Shown: positions 47,657-58,863 of the stretch, piece by piece
Numbering within the stretch: the stretch's first letter is position 1
How the letters are laid out: each line of letters opens with the position of its first letter
Assembly: GCA_965199825.1 (NCBI GenBank)
Contig: OZ241329.1
Location: 1,088,001-1,152,000 of the forward strand
From: Bdellovibrionales bacterium
GTDB lineage: Bacteria; Bdellovibrionota; Bdellovibrionia; Bdellovibrionales; UBA1609
Reading direction: 5' to 3'
Length of the DNA: 64,000 nucleotides
Notes under the pieces: model-generated
Told to the model about the DNA's origin: nothing
Seen by the model: only the letters and a program-made list of their open reading frames with translations
The model's database searches: none
Position numbers and translations under genes: made by a program

Positions 47657-49189
47657 ATGTCATCATTAATTTTTGCCTTTCTTTTTATAGCAAACGCCCA
47701 AGTTGTTCAAAATCAGGGTGTCTACCGCAGCGACGCCGATGAGCTCGTCACCATCAATAAAATATCGGCTCTGCCTTTTATCGATAATCTTGATGGAATA
47801 TATGCAAGACCTCTTGAGGCCGACTTTATTGAGAATCTCAAGCGCAATCCCCAATTTGATTTTGTGCCGGCCGCACTCAGCTTTACGCCCGAGGAACTCC
47901 AAGCAGATTTACAAAAAATAGATCAAGTGTGCAATGTCATCAATGCGGACGCATTTTTTGCCACCCATATTGTCAAAACGCCAGACGGCATTCAAATCCT
48001 AATGAATTTTTATCTTACAAAAGATAAACGGCTGTTTGCTCAAGCCGAAGCTAAACAAATTAAATTGAGCGACATCCAAAGTCTTAAACAACAAGTTCAA
48101 AAATTAACCGAACAAATTATTTCGCGAATTCCTTATCGCGGGATGATTCTCTCAAGACAAAATCTGCGGGTCACAATCAACTTAGGATCTCGCGATGGAA
48201 TCCAAAAAGATCAGATTTTGCCGGTGATCCAAATTATTTCGTTAAGCCGCCACCCCAAATTTGATTTTGTAGTAGGTACCGAAAAAGAAATCTTAGGTAA
48301 AATTCAGATCACAAAGGTTGACGAAACTTTGAGTTTTGCCAACATCATTTCAGAACGCGAAAAAGAAACCATCCAAAAATTCGCCAAACTCTCGGCACTA
48401 GAATTTGTTTCCTACACTCCCAACACCCAACAACCAGTCACACTCAAAGACCAAAACTTGTATGGCGAACATCCCACAGCATGGGTTCCCAAGGAGCGAC
48501 CATTGCTCGGCGAAGTGGGAGCAAATTTTGGGTTGGGCAATTTGGCAATCAATATGGACACCAGCAACGGATCACTAGATGGAGGATCTGGATTGATTCC
48601 GTTGATTTCACTCACTGGAGAACTTTGGGTAACAAATGAATTTTCGGTTCATGCCAATTTATCGCAAGCGATTTACACCACAGGGAATCCTCAGGGCGCA
48701 CCATCCAAACTTTCGGGCGGGCTTTCGAGTTACGATTTTTTATTTGGCTACAATTTTCGCTTGGGTCCCGATGTGTGGGGTCCAGATATCGAAGCGTTAA
48801 TTGGATATTCCTCAAGCCGATTTTTTATCGACGATTCAACGCCCACATCTTTTACCTCGCAAGAGTACAATGGTTTTAAATTTGGTGTGGGAGGCTCAAC
48901 ACCTATAACGTTTGATCGCAATTGGGGTGTAGGCGCCCAAGCCTTTTTTTATATTCAACCCAATCTGAGCGAACAACCGGTAAGCTCCGGGGCCACAAGT
49001 CGCGCGACCATCAATCAGTTTTCAATTTTTGGATATAATAAAGTGAGCGAACACATTCGACTTAAAATGATGGCAAATTTTGAATTGTTCTCGGCCAACT
49101 TTACCGGTGCTGGAACGCGCGTGGATACCGCAACGAGTGCTTCGCAACGCCTGCTCACTCTTTCGGGGGGAGTGAGTTATCTGTTTTAG
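47657..49189 (+). CDS. Secreted protein with a probable C-terminal outer-membrane beta-barrel
   Basis: Signal peptide; amphipathic beta-strands; terminal GVSYLF beta-signal. Confidence 0.7.
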   Translation: MSSLIFAFLFIANAQVVQNQGVYRSDADELVTINKISALPFIDNLDGIYARPLEADFIENLKRNPQFDFVPAALSFTPEELQADLQKIDQVCNVINADAFFATHIVKTPDGIQILMNFYLTKDKRLFAQAEAKQIKLSDIQSLKQQVQKLTEQIISRIPYRGMILSRQNLRVTINLGSRDGIQKDQILPVIQIISLSRHPKFDFVVGTEKEILGKIQITKVDETLSFANIISEREKETIQKFAKLSALEFVSYTPNTQQPVTLKDQNLYGEHPTAWVPKERPLLGEVGANFGLGNLAINMDTSNGSLDGGSGLIPLISLTGELWVTNEFSVHANLSQAIYTTGNPQGAPSKLSGGLSSYDFLFGYNFRLGPDVWGPDIEALIGYSSSRFFIDDSTPTSFTSQEYNGFKFGVGGSTPITFDRNWGVGAQAFFYIQPNLSEQPVSSGATSRATINQFSIFGYNKVSEHIRLKMMANFELFSANFTGAGTRVDTATSASQRLLTLSGGVSYLF

Positions 49190-49928
49190 GGATGAGACCC
49201 TCTTTTAAAATATATTTGCAATAGTAGTCATGGGAACTGAGTCCTGCACGTGCGGCTTCGATTCGGTCATTAAAAAATTCGGGCAACCGTTTTGTGTCTG
49301 TCTCAAATCCTTCGGGCCGTAATGTTAAACCTGCCAAAAATTCTTGAGCCTGATCTAGGGTAGTGTGTTCTGGCAGCGTGACAATGATATCATCGAAGTA
49401 CGCGTGAAATTTAATGTTCATCGCACCTTCTGGATTAGGTAAAGTGTAAGAGTGAATCACTTTTTTAAAGACTGTGCCCTCACGTTTGACGATCACTCGA
49501 TCCAAATAGGAATAATGATCTTTTAAGGAGATGTCGGAATTCATTTTCGAATGCTTGATCACACTCGCAAACTCTAAGGCAGTTAAACCCTGACTCCAGC
49601 TTCCGCTCACCAAAAACTGAACCTTAAATAGATCTTCAAGTTCTGCAAAAATAAAGGGTGGGTAGTTGCTAATCAAATCGGAAATATGAGCAGGAAGGTT
49701 CTGATTGTTCAGTGTTCTTAAAAATGGAATTAAATCTTTATTCTTTTGCTCCATTAAAACTATAAGTTTGGGAACGATATTTCTTTGCGCAAATTCAGTC
49801 TGAAGAGCTGGAGTCAGTTGCGACATCTGTCTAAATTGTTGAGACAAAAAAGAATTCAAATCGGTGTGAGCCACTGCTCTTAACGAAAAGCTTCCGACAA
49901 CGCATAATAAAATAAACAATGTTTTCAA
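49155..49928 (-). CDS. Secreted hypothetical protein
   Basis: Probable TTG start at 49928 (GAGG RBS): MKTLFILLCVVGSFSLRAVA. YYCKYIL near the C-terminus. Confidence 0.6.
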   Translation of the reverse strand: MKTLFILLCVVGSFSLRAVAHTDLNSFLSQQFRQMSQLTPALQTEFAQRNIVPKLIVLMEQKNKDLIPFLRTLNNQNLPAHISDLISNYPPFIFAELEDLFKVQFLVSGSWSQGLTALEFASVIKHSKMNSDISLKDHYSYLDRVIVKREGTVFKKVIHSYTLPNPEGAMNIKFHAYFDDIIVTLPEHTTLDQAQEFLAGLTLRPEGFETDTKRLPEFFNDRIEAARAGLSSHDYYCKYILKEGLIPKTDNSLPPKE

Positions 49929-50080
49929 AGGCACCAACCTCACTTTAGTTTCTTGATCTACTTCAAAATCCGGACAAAAAAAAGCCCAAGGACTAAAAGC
50001 TTGGGATTTGTTAGATTTATGGTTATGGGTGCGCGACTTCATGCGAATTATAAAATATTTATCCAAACCTTATTTAAAGA

Positions 50081-50108
50081 AAGCCCAAACCTAAGAGGTG
50101 TTGGGCTT
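50081..50108 (-). terminator. Intrinsic terminator after the paralogue array
   Basis: AAGCCCAA...TTGGGCTT hairpin below the 50127 stop. Confidence 0.55.
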
Positions 50109-50126
50109 AACGAATTTAAGGTTTAA

Positions 50127-50789
50127 CTAGCGTGTAGGAGCGAGCGACACAGAATTTGTAGAATAAGCCTTTGCCACTTTCTTAACACTCTTCACATAGG
50201 TATTTAAAAATTTAGGGTCATCTGCGTAAAGGGTTGGAACTGAATCACCATTTACTCTCAACTTTTCTAAAAACTGGTCATACTTTGTTAACTTCGTGGT
50301 GAGTGACTGATCTACATCCATATATGTGAAGGTTGATAAAAAAAGTGAAGCAAGCAGGTTTGGAATATAAGGTACACCGACAGCTCGGCCAACCATAACC
50401 AGAAGCATAAAGGTCTGTGTTTGGCTGGTCACATAAGTGACATAAGATCCCTCGAGAAAGGAACGCCACCAGCCTCGTGACAAACGTTTATGAAGGTCGG
50501 CAGCGACCGAATTTTTAAAAGCTTGGTGTTCCAATTCGGAAGCGAAAGTGATGCTTGCGGTAATTGCCTCACATTTAAGATCGCCATTGTTGATTTCACC
50601 ACTGAAAGCTTGCCCAATTTTTTGTGGTTCGTCAGAAGGCACCACGCAGACTTCAAACTTTGATGTTCCACCTTGTGCAGTCTCAACCAACACCTGCTGG
50701 GTTGTGAAACTCACTATGTAGGGTGTACGAACGATGTCGCTTTGGAATGCAAAGCTCTGAGCGAAAAATAACAAATTCATCAAAATCAT
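50127..50789 (-). CDS. Tandem paralogue 5 of 5 (secreted, C-terminal hydrophobic helices)
   Basis: Start ATG 50789: MILMNLLFFAQSFAF..RTPYIV...FEVC. Confidence 0.85.
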   Translation of the reverse strand: MILMNLLFFAQSFAFQSDIVRTPYIVSFTTQQVLVETAQGGTSKFEVCVVPSDEPQKIGQAFSGEINNGDLKCEAITASITFASELEHQAFKNSVAADLHKRLSRGWWRSFLEGSYVTYVTSQTQTFMLLVMVGRAVGVPYIPNLLASLFLSTFTYMDVDQSLTTKLTKYDQFLEKLRVNGDSVPTLYADDPKFLNTYVKSVKKVAKAYSTNSVSLAPTR

Positions 50790-50934
50790 AAATCCTCTTT
50801 TCTTAGTGCGATCGCTACCATGGTTAACGATCAAAAAAAAGCTCATGGCAAAGAAACCTTAGGCTTTTATAAACAATCAGATAGCACTAAATAAGATTTA
50901 CATGACATGCTACCGCATTCTGAAGTCCAAAAAA

Positions 50935-51579
50935 TTAATGGGCTATCGAAGGACCAGCAAATCGAGACACAGCTGTTTTTGAAACTTTTTGGACAATATC
51001 TTGATAGAGGTCGAAGAGATCAAAATCATCGGTATATAAAGTCACAGGTTGGCCGCCGTTCGATTTAATCATTTTCAAAAGCTGGATATATTTAAGAGCT
51101 CGCATGACAGGTGGAGGTGTAGTTACACCATAGAGAACACCTCCTACAGCGCCTGTGCCCAATTGCCAAAGCAAGGGCAATCCAGCTCGCGATGTGACGT
51201 AAGTGATGATAACGGCTGTCCCCACAGCACTCGAAATAAATTTATACGAATCGACAATCAAACTTGTCCATCTTCCACGAGATAAACGTTTGGTGAGTTC
51301 AGCCGATATCAACTTTCGAAAAGAATAATAATCAAAGTCAGATTTAAAACCTATGTCTTGAGTGATCGCTCGGCACAAGAGAGCTGGATCGTTGAGTTGT
51401 GCCCCAATTAAGATTGGATCAGCATCAGCAATTGGGCAGACCTCAAAGCGTGAGTTTCCGTTTTGTTCGGTTTCTACGAGTGCTTGTCCCAATGTTAAAT
51501 CAACAATGTAGGCCGTGCGAACCATCGCGCTTTGAAATCCGAAACTTTGGGCGACGAAAAGCAGTTTTAGTAAAATCAT
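50935..51579 (-). CDS. Tandem paralogue 4 of 5
   Basis: Start ATG 51579: MILLKLLFVAQSFGF..RTAYIV...FEVC. Confidence 0.85.
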   Translation of the reverse strand: MILLKLLFVAQSFGFQSAMVRTAYIVDLTLGQALVETEQNGNSRFEVCPIADADPILIGAQLNDPALLCRAITQDIGFKSDFDYYSFRKLISAELTKRLSRGRWTSLIVDSYKFISSAVGTAVIITYVTSRAGLPLLWQLGTGAVGGVLYGVTTPPPVMRALKYIQLLKMIKSNGGQPVTLYTDDFDLFDLYQDIVQKVSKTAVSRFAGPSIAH

Positions 51580-51606
51580 AGTTCCTCGAAACAAAAATCA
51601 AATAGT

Positions 51607-52263
51607 TTAATGAAGAAATCCCGTGGGCACGCTCTCGAAATTTGGTGTCATGGACTGAGCTGCGGTTTCGTAAAGTTTCATCAATTTTGAATCATCAGCA
51701 AAGATAACCACAGGTTGATTCGCCAATTTTTTGATATTGATTTTCGCCTGTTTCAATTTGTTATCTCTCAAATCAAGAAGCCTGAAAGATTCATTGAGGC
51801 CTAAGTAGGCAATAGATAAAAAAGCAACTCCCGCAACCATTCCAGGTAATACAAAACCGGCGTATCCTCTAAAAAAGGAGTAGGCAGCTGATGCAGAAAA
51901 GAATGATCCAGGAACAAACGCAAGCGTAACGAACGTATCCTTAAGAATATCCCTATTGTTCATTACCTCAAGATGTCGAAGGAATTTTTCGGAAAATTGT
52001 TTTCGTATCGCCTGAAGTTCACCCTCCGAAGAAAAGCGGATCTCGTTGGTGATTGAGCGACAGGAAAGATCTGATCGATTTATGTTTTCAAGAGGAGTAT
52101 GGATATAGGAAGGCAATTTGCAAATTTCAAATCGTAGTCCATTTGTATTTACATTTTCGACAAAAGTTTCGCCAGTCAGAGAATTGACGATATAGGGCGT
52201 CCTCTGAACCGATGTTTCAAATCCAAAACTTTGGGCTAAAAAAACCAAATTTAATAAAATCAT
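51607..52263 (-). CDS. Tandem paralogue 3 of 5
   Basis: MILLNLVFLAQSFGF..RTPYIV...FEIC. Confidence 0.85.
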   Translation of the reverse strand: MILLNLVFLAQSFGFETSVQRTPYIVNSLTGETFVENVNTNGLRFEICKLPSYIHTPLENINRSDLSCRSITNEIRFSSEGELQAIRKQFSEKFLRHLEVMNNRDILKDTFVTLAFVPGSFFSASAAYSFFRGYAGFVLPGMVAGVAFLSIAYLGLNESFRLLDLRDNKLKQAKINIKKLANQPVVIFADDSKLMKLYETAAQSMTPNFESVPTGFLH

Positions 52264-52273
52264 AAGCTCTCTT

Positions 52274-52915
52274 TTAATTTTTACGAGGGGACAAAGTTGC
52301 CGCCCGTAAGTCTTGCGGGGTTACGTTCTTCACGGCTTTAACATAGACATCAATAAAACGAGGGACATCCGAAACAATCAGAGGAATTAGGCCTTCATTC
52401 AGCCCAACGGATCTGGTAAACTGATTATATTTAGTTATTCTATACAATGAATCGATAACATTTTTTGACACAACCGCAACCAAAGCACCCGAGCCGATAA
52501 TTAAGGATGGCCACACCGGGAGGCGACCTTTCTTTATCACAAATTCTAAAAGGGTGCCCGAGGCAAAAGCGCTAGAGTACAAGATATAGTTCTCGGCCAC
52601 TAAGTTCTTCCACCAACCTCGAGACATTTGTTTTTTTAGCTCGGTAGAGATTAAATATCTGTATGTCTGAAAGTCGGTTTCAGACTTCAATTCGAGGTCC
52701 GCAGTGATTGCTTCGCACGAGGTCAGGTTCTTGGTATCGACAGGAGAATCAAATTTGATTGTGACCATTTGACATTTTTCAAAGTGAATCGATCCTGCAT
52801 GGTTGACTTCAATTAAAGTTTCACCCGTCGTCGAATTGATAAAATAGGGCGTTCTCACCGCCTCAGATTCAAATGCAAAACTTTGGACCATAAACAATAA
52901 ATTCAATAGAATCAT
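52274..52915 (-). CDS. Tandem paralogue 2 of 5
   Basis: MILLNLLFMVQSFAF..RTPYFI...FEKC. Confidence 0.85.
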   Translation of the reverse strand: MILLNLLFMVQSFAFESEAVRTPYFINSTTGETLIEVNHAGSIHFEKCQMVTIKFDSPVDTKNLTSCEAITADLELKSETDFQTYRYLISTELKKQMSRGWWKNLVAENYILYSSAFASGTLLEFVIKKGRLPVWPSLIIGSGALVAVVSKNVIDSLYRITKYNQFTRSVGLNEGLIPLIVSDVPRFIDVYVKAVKNVTPQDLRAATLSPRKN

Positions 52916-52970
52916 AAAATCCTCTTTTAAAAAAATTTCGTACCATCGTTCACAATCAACAAAAAACTTT

Positions 52971-53636
52971 TTACCTTTTAGAAATCAGCTGATTCTTAAT
53001 GTATTCGCTCGTTGAGGTTTGAAGTGTATGTTCGTAAAGTCCAAAAAGGGCCTGCTTCTTGACCTGAATCCCAACACTCGGTTGTGTCCCGCTAGAAGAA
53101 CTCTCAGAGCTTCCATTTGTATTGTATTGATCGAATTCAGGATTCGAAAACAGTTGTTTGGCGCTGTAATAAGTCATGACACCTGCTCCAGCAATGGCAG
53201 AAAAAACTAACTCCATAGCGTCGTCCACAAATATCCACACCCATATGCTTGGATTTCTAGCAAGCGCGTAAACCGCTAGCCCACCCAGCGCCACTCCGCC
53301 CACCAACTTGTAGTAATTGATGTGGCCATAGGTTGCCTTGAGGCTTTCAAAATATTTTTTGTTTAAGTTAAATATAAAATCTCTGTGATTCGACTCAGAC
53401 TCAAATTTTAATTGGGGAGTTCTTACTTCACAAACGGTGGAGGCCTCGCTCAAAGATTGAACGGGGTCGGGCGATTTGACATCAAACTGACACATTTCAA
53501 ACATGTATGTGTCATCGCCTAAAGCGGTTTCGACGAAAGCAGATCCACTGCTCATGTTCATAATTAACGGGGTTCGATGAATTGTATTCTCGAACCCAAA
53601 ACTTTGAGCAAATAGGATTAGGTTTAACAGAATCAT
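52971..53636 (-). CDS. Tandem paralogue 1 of 5
   Basis: MILLNLILFAQSFGF..RTPLIM...FEMC. Confidence 0.85.
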   Translation of the reverse strand: MILLNLILFAQSFGFENTIHRTPLIMNMSSGSAFVETALGDDTYMFEMCQFDVKSPDPVQSLSEASTVCEVRTPQLKFESESNHRDFIFNLNKKYFESLKATYGHINYYKLVGGVALGGLAVYALARNPSIWVWIFVDDAMELVFSAIAGAGVMTYYSAKQLFSNPEFDQYNTNGSSESSSSGTQPSVGIQVKKQALFGLYEHTLQTSTSEYIKNQLISKR

Positions 53637-53682
53637 TTTTGACCTCTTTATTTAGGGATCACAGATACCCCAGGTCCAAAAC

Positions 53683-53718
53683 AAAAAAAAGCCCAAGGTA
53701 AAAATCACCTTGGGCTTT
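53683..53718 (-). terminator. groEL intrinsic terminator
   Basis: GCCCAAGGT/ACCTTGGGC stem followed by a U8 run on the minus strand. Confidence 0.85.
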
Positions 53719-53746
53719 CTATAATTCTGTAAAGGCTAAATGAGCT

Positions 53747-55390
<1,644 letters not shown>

Positions 55391-55406
55391 TCAATTCCTT
55401 GTTTGC

Positions 55407-55709
55407 TTAGTTAAAAACGCCGAGGATATCTTCCTCGCGCATCATTAGAAATTCGGTACCTTCAAATTTAAGTTCGGTTCCAGAGTATTTTCCGAAGAGA
55501 ACTTTATCGCCAACTTTAACTTCAAGAGGCATGGTTTTGCCGTCTTCAGTCACGCGACCTTTGCCGGTGGCTACGATTTCGCCTTTGATGGGTTTTTCTT
55601 TAGCAGAATCAGGAATAATAATCCCACCCGAAGTTTTGTCTTCCTCAGCCATGCGTCGCACCAAAATGCGGTCATGGAGCGGGCGTACGTTAACTTGTGC
55701 GCTAGCCAT
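55407..55709 (-). CDS. groES: Co-chaperonin GroES
   Basis: [22 protein letters not shown]. Confidence 0.99.
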   Translation of the reverse strand: MASAQVNVRPLHDRILVRRMAEEDKTSGGIIIPDSAKEKPIKGEIVATGKGRVTEDGKTMPLEVKVGDKVLFGKYSGTELKFEGTEFLMMREEDILGVFN

Positions 55710-55760
55710 TAATGAACCTCCTCATAATTGTTTTTTGATTTAAGATAAAAATCATTGTCA

Positions 55761-55788
55761 ATATGGAGCGGTCCCAGTGGGAGTCAAG
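55761..55788 (-). promoter_or_regulatory. Sigma32 (RpoH)-like heat-shock promoter of groESL
   Basis: Minus strand CTTGACT-N13-CTCCATAT. No CIRCE element seen. Confidence 0.55.
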
Positions 55789-55805
55789 GAAAGGGCTAAA
55801 AAAAA

Positions 55806-56189
55806 TTAATGATTTGGAGAGATTGCACCCGAAAGCTCGTCGGCTTGGGGGTTTAAAAGAACATAGAGAAGCTCAGACGTCTCTTGCTTAGAAAGGCGTT
55901 TAACAAGGGCAGAAAGGGCTTGGGGTTGGTTTCGAAATTTGGCCAAATAGGCAGCCGAGTACTCAGCTAGGCTTAATTCTTTTGCTGACTGAAAAGTTTC
56001 ATTTGCGCGTTGCACTTCGAGCTCAATTTTTGGATCTACTTCTTTTTCTAGCGCAATTTTGTTGTTGAGCCTCACCACTTGGTTGCGCGCCTCGACCAAT
56101 TGCTGCTCCTTCCATGCCTTAAATGGCATGATCGAAGGCTCTTGAGCCAGGCAGAGGCTAATAAAAAGTGAAGCGAGGATCATAGCCAA
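55806..56189 (-). CDS. Secreted hypothetical protein
   Basis: Signal peptide; FKAWKEQQ..EA helical domain. Confidence 0.7.
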   Translation of the reverse strand: MAMILASLFISLCLAQEPSIMPFKAWKEQQLVEARNQVVRLNNKIALEKEVDPKIELEVQRANETFQSAKELSLAEYSAAYLAKFRNQPQALSALVKRLSKQETSELLYVLLNPQADELSGAISPNH

Positions 56190-56281
56190 AAAGGCTTCAA
56201 GAGGTGTGCCCCAAATAAGTCTTAAGCTTTCTGCTAACTTGTATATTTTTTAGAGCGCAATTTTGGGCGCTTTTAAGGGTT

Positions 56282-56884
56282 TTAGATGCGTTTTTCGTCG
56301 TAGTTGGTCAAAACCTGAATCAAGATTCTAAATTCGCCTGAACAATTCAGTACGGAGTTTTTAGAAACTAAATTGCACGTAAGGTGACGAATAATTCCTA
56401 AGCTTTTCTGCTGCGCCCATAGTCGAACCTTTGGAAAACACTCTAACAACCGAAGCTGAAAATCTTGGTCAGCGAGCTCAACAACCCTTGAAGTCGACTC
56501 ATCAACAAATAGAGATTCAACAGCTGCGGGAACTTCGAAATCTTTATTTATGGTTTCGGTTTCAAAAATCACCGATCGTTTAAAACGAAATTGGATTTTA
56601 AGTTTTTCTTTTTGTTTTACTAAGTTCACCGTAAAAGGGGAGCTTGGCATGGGGCCGGTTGTTTGATATTTGCGAGTTTTAAGAGGAATCAGCTGTTCAC
56701 TCACCGCAGTTGTCATTTGGCCGCTTAAGTTAAATTGACCATAGATTTCGTCAAGATCGTGCGAATGCGAATCCTTGGCACTAAAATTTTGTGTAAAGCT
56801 GACCTTGATCTCGTCTTTGACCAATGTTTCGGCAGATGCAAACGCAGAAATAAAACCTAGAAATATAAACTTATTCATCAACAT
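56282..56884 (-). CDS. Secreted hypothetical protein
   Basis: Signal peptide ending FASA; GAGG RBS. Confidence 0.7.
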   Translation of the reverse strand: MLMNKFIFLGFISAFASAETLVKDEIKVSFTQNFSAKDSHSHDLDEIYGQFNLSGQMTTAVSEQLIPLKTRKYQTTGPMPSSPFTVNLVKQKEKLKIQFRFKRSVIFETETINKDFEVPAAVESLFVDESTSRVVELADQDFQLRLLECFPKVRLWAQQKSLGIIRHLTCNLVSKNSVLNCSGEFRILIQVLTNYDEKRI

Positions 56885-57003
56885 TTTCCCTCACACATTA
56901 ACCCATTAAGAAATTAGGCCAGCTCAGAAAATTTACGGTCCAAGAATTAGAAAGACAAATTAATTCTGATTGCACAAGTTTTAGGTGCACGAGAGATTAG
57001 GCC

Positions 57004-58863
57004 ATGAAAAATTTTTTGATTCTTTTTGCATTGTGTTTTGAGGCGCAGGCTCGCCTCGCCAATCCCGATGAACTCGGGTCATGGACCGAGAGTTTGAGCA
57101 TCGATTACGATGTTAAAAAAGATGGGACCTCAACCATAATCGAAGAAATTCGGATCAAAATCGAAAATGAATCGGGGCGTGCCTCTCAAAGTGTTCAGAA
57201 CATTTTGTTTCGCCCTTTGAGTGAAAAGCTCGAGCTTGTTGAGGCTTATACCCAGATTAAAAACAAAAAAATTAATGTGGATAAACAAAACACATCTATC
57301 GAATCGGGGGGCAATAATAAACCGGGATTTGATGATCAAAACAAATTGATTGTGGCGTTTCCTCAAGTTGAAATTGGGTCGACCCTTGTGATGAAGATCC
57401 GGTTTAGTGAGTTTAATGTGGCCGAAAAAGATTTTTTTTCGATCTATGTCATTTTGAGCGATGCCTATCTTAAAAAACTCCATATTCATCTGACCTCGGA
57501 GCGGCCTTTGTTTACCCGACTTCGTGACCCCCACAAAGTGCTTCATCTTAAAACTAGCGTGAACGATGGGCGCTATGAGTTAGAGCTTTCGAATCGCACT
57601 CCTATCCAAAATGCGGTGATTGGTGAGGCGAATTCTTATCTGATCGATGAGTCGTTTCCGTCTCTCACCGTAAGTAGTAAAGAAAAGTGGGATTCATTCG
57701 CTCCACAAACCGAAAGTGCACTCCAAAAAATTGAAAACGAAGCTTTGCCCAAAGTTTTTGAACCTATTATTAAAGCGGCACAAAAAAAATCGGCGGTGGA
57801 CCAGGTGAATATTGCGACCGCTCAGCTTGCCGAGAGGATTCGCTACTTTGGAGATTGGCGTCGGGTGAGAGGCGATTATCTGCCGCGTTCGTTAAATGAA
57901 ATCGCAACTTCATCCTATGGCGACTGCAAAGATATCGCGCTCATTACCGAAAAGATTTTGCGCAGCTTAGGCTTTGAGGCCCATATGGTTTGGGTACTTC
58001 GAAGCCAAGACGTAGCTCCGCTTGAGTCTCAGTATCAACTTCCAGCATTCCAATTATTTAATCATGCGGTTGTAAGAGCTAAAAAAGACAATCAGGTTTT
58101 TTGGGTCGATGCGACCAATGTGATGAGTCTTGCGCCCTACACTCCGATCGATATCGCCGGTAGACCCGCTTACGTATTGTCGGAGCATCCCCATCTCGAG
58201 ATGATTCCCGAAATTTTAGAATCGAACTACAGCTCAACGAATGAAGCCCATATTTTTTCAAAGCCTCATCGTGCTGCCGAAATCAAAGGTCGATATGAGG
58301 CGTCGGGATTGGCGGCCGCGGTCAATTGGACCGATGTGATTAGCCATTCGACCGCTGAGGATGACTTTAATTTTATCGAAAGCTTTCAGTCCTCAGCCGT
58401 ACTTAAAGACTACCAGATTTCGGCGGTTAAAAATAAAAGTCGCATTATCCAAAAGTACAGTAGAAGTTATACCGCAAAATATGATGAGTTTTTTCATGAC
58501 TCCACCGCGGGCCGCGCTACCGAAATGACATTGCAACGTCCCTTTTCAAGCCTGTTCTCACTCAACACCAAAGATCGCTACAGTGATTTTGTTTTGGGTG
58601 CACCCACCGAGTACAAAAATAAAATAATCTTTCCGAATCAAAAGGTTTTGGGCGATCAACCGATGTCTTGCGCTATAAATTCAAAATGGTTTAGTTACTC
58701 ACAGCATATGGAAACGCAGCCACAAGATTTAAGTTTTTCAACCGAGTGGCAAATCCATCAAAGAGTCATTACCAGCGACGAGATGGTCACAAAAGATTTT
58801 TCTCGAGTTCAGGGCGAGCTGCGAGAGTGCTTGTCACGCCGAGGTTTAGTTTTCAAAAATTAG
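57004..58863 (+). CDS. DUF3857 plus transglutaminase-like domain protein
   Basis: Catalytic triad motifs YGDCKD, FNHA, VDAT; signal peptide. Confidence 0.9.
   Translation: MKNFLILFALCFEAQARLANPDELGSWTESLSIDYDVKKDGTSTIIEEIRIKIENESGRASQSVQNILFRPLSEKLELVEAYTQIKNKKINVDKQNTSIESGGNNKPGFDDQNKLIVAFPQVEIGSTLVMKIRFSEFNVAEKDFFSIYVILSDAYLKKLHIHLTSERPLFTRLRDPHKVLHLKTSVNDGRYELELSNRTPIQNAVIGEANSYLIDESFPSLTVSSKEKWDSFAPQTESALQKIENEALPKVFEPIIKAAQKKSAVDQVNIATAQLAERIRYFGDWRRVRGDYLPRSLNEIATSSYGDCKDIALITEKILRSLGFEAHMVWVLRSQDVAPLESQYQLPAFQLFNHAVVRAKKDNQVFWVDATNVMSLAPYTPIDIAGRPAYVLSEHPHLEMIPEILESNYSSTNEAHIFSKPHRAAEIKGRYEASGLAAAVNWTDVISHSTAEDDFNFIESFQSSAVLKDYQISAVKNKSRIIQKYSRSYTAKYDEFFHDSTAGRATEMTLQRPFSSLFSLNTKDRYSDFVLGAPTEYKNKIIFPNQKVLGDQPMSCAINSKWFSYSQHMETQPQDLSFSTEWQIHQRVITSDEMVTKDFSRVQGELRECLSRRGLVFKN

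Noticed and set aside
49929..50066. N-terminal extension of the 303-aa ORF
   Set aside because: It spans a terminator-like hairpin (~49981-50010); a better start with RBS and signal peptide lies at 49928.
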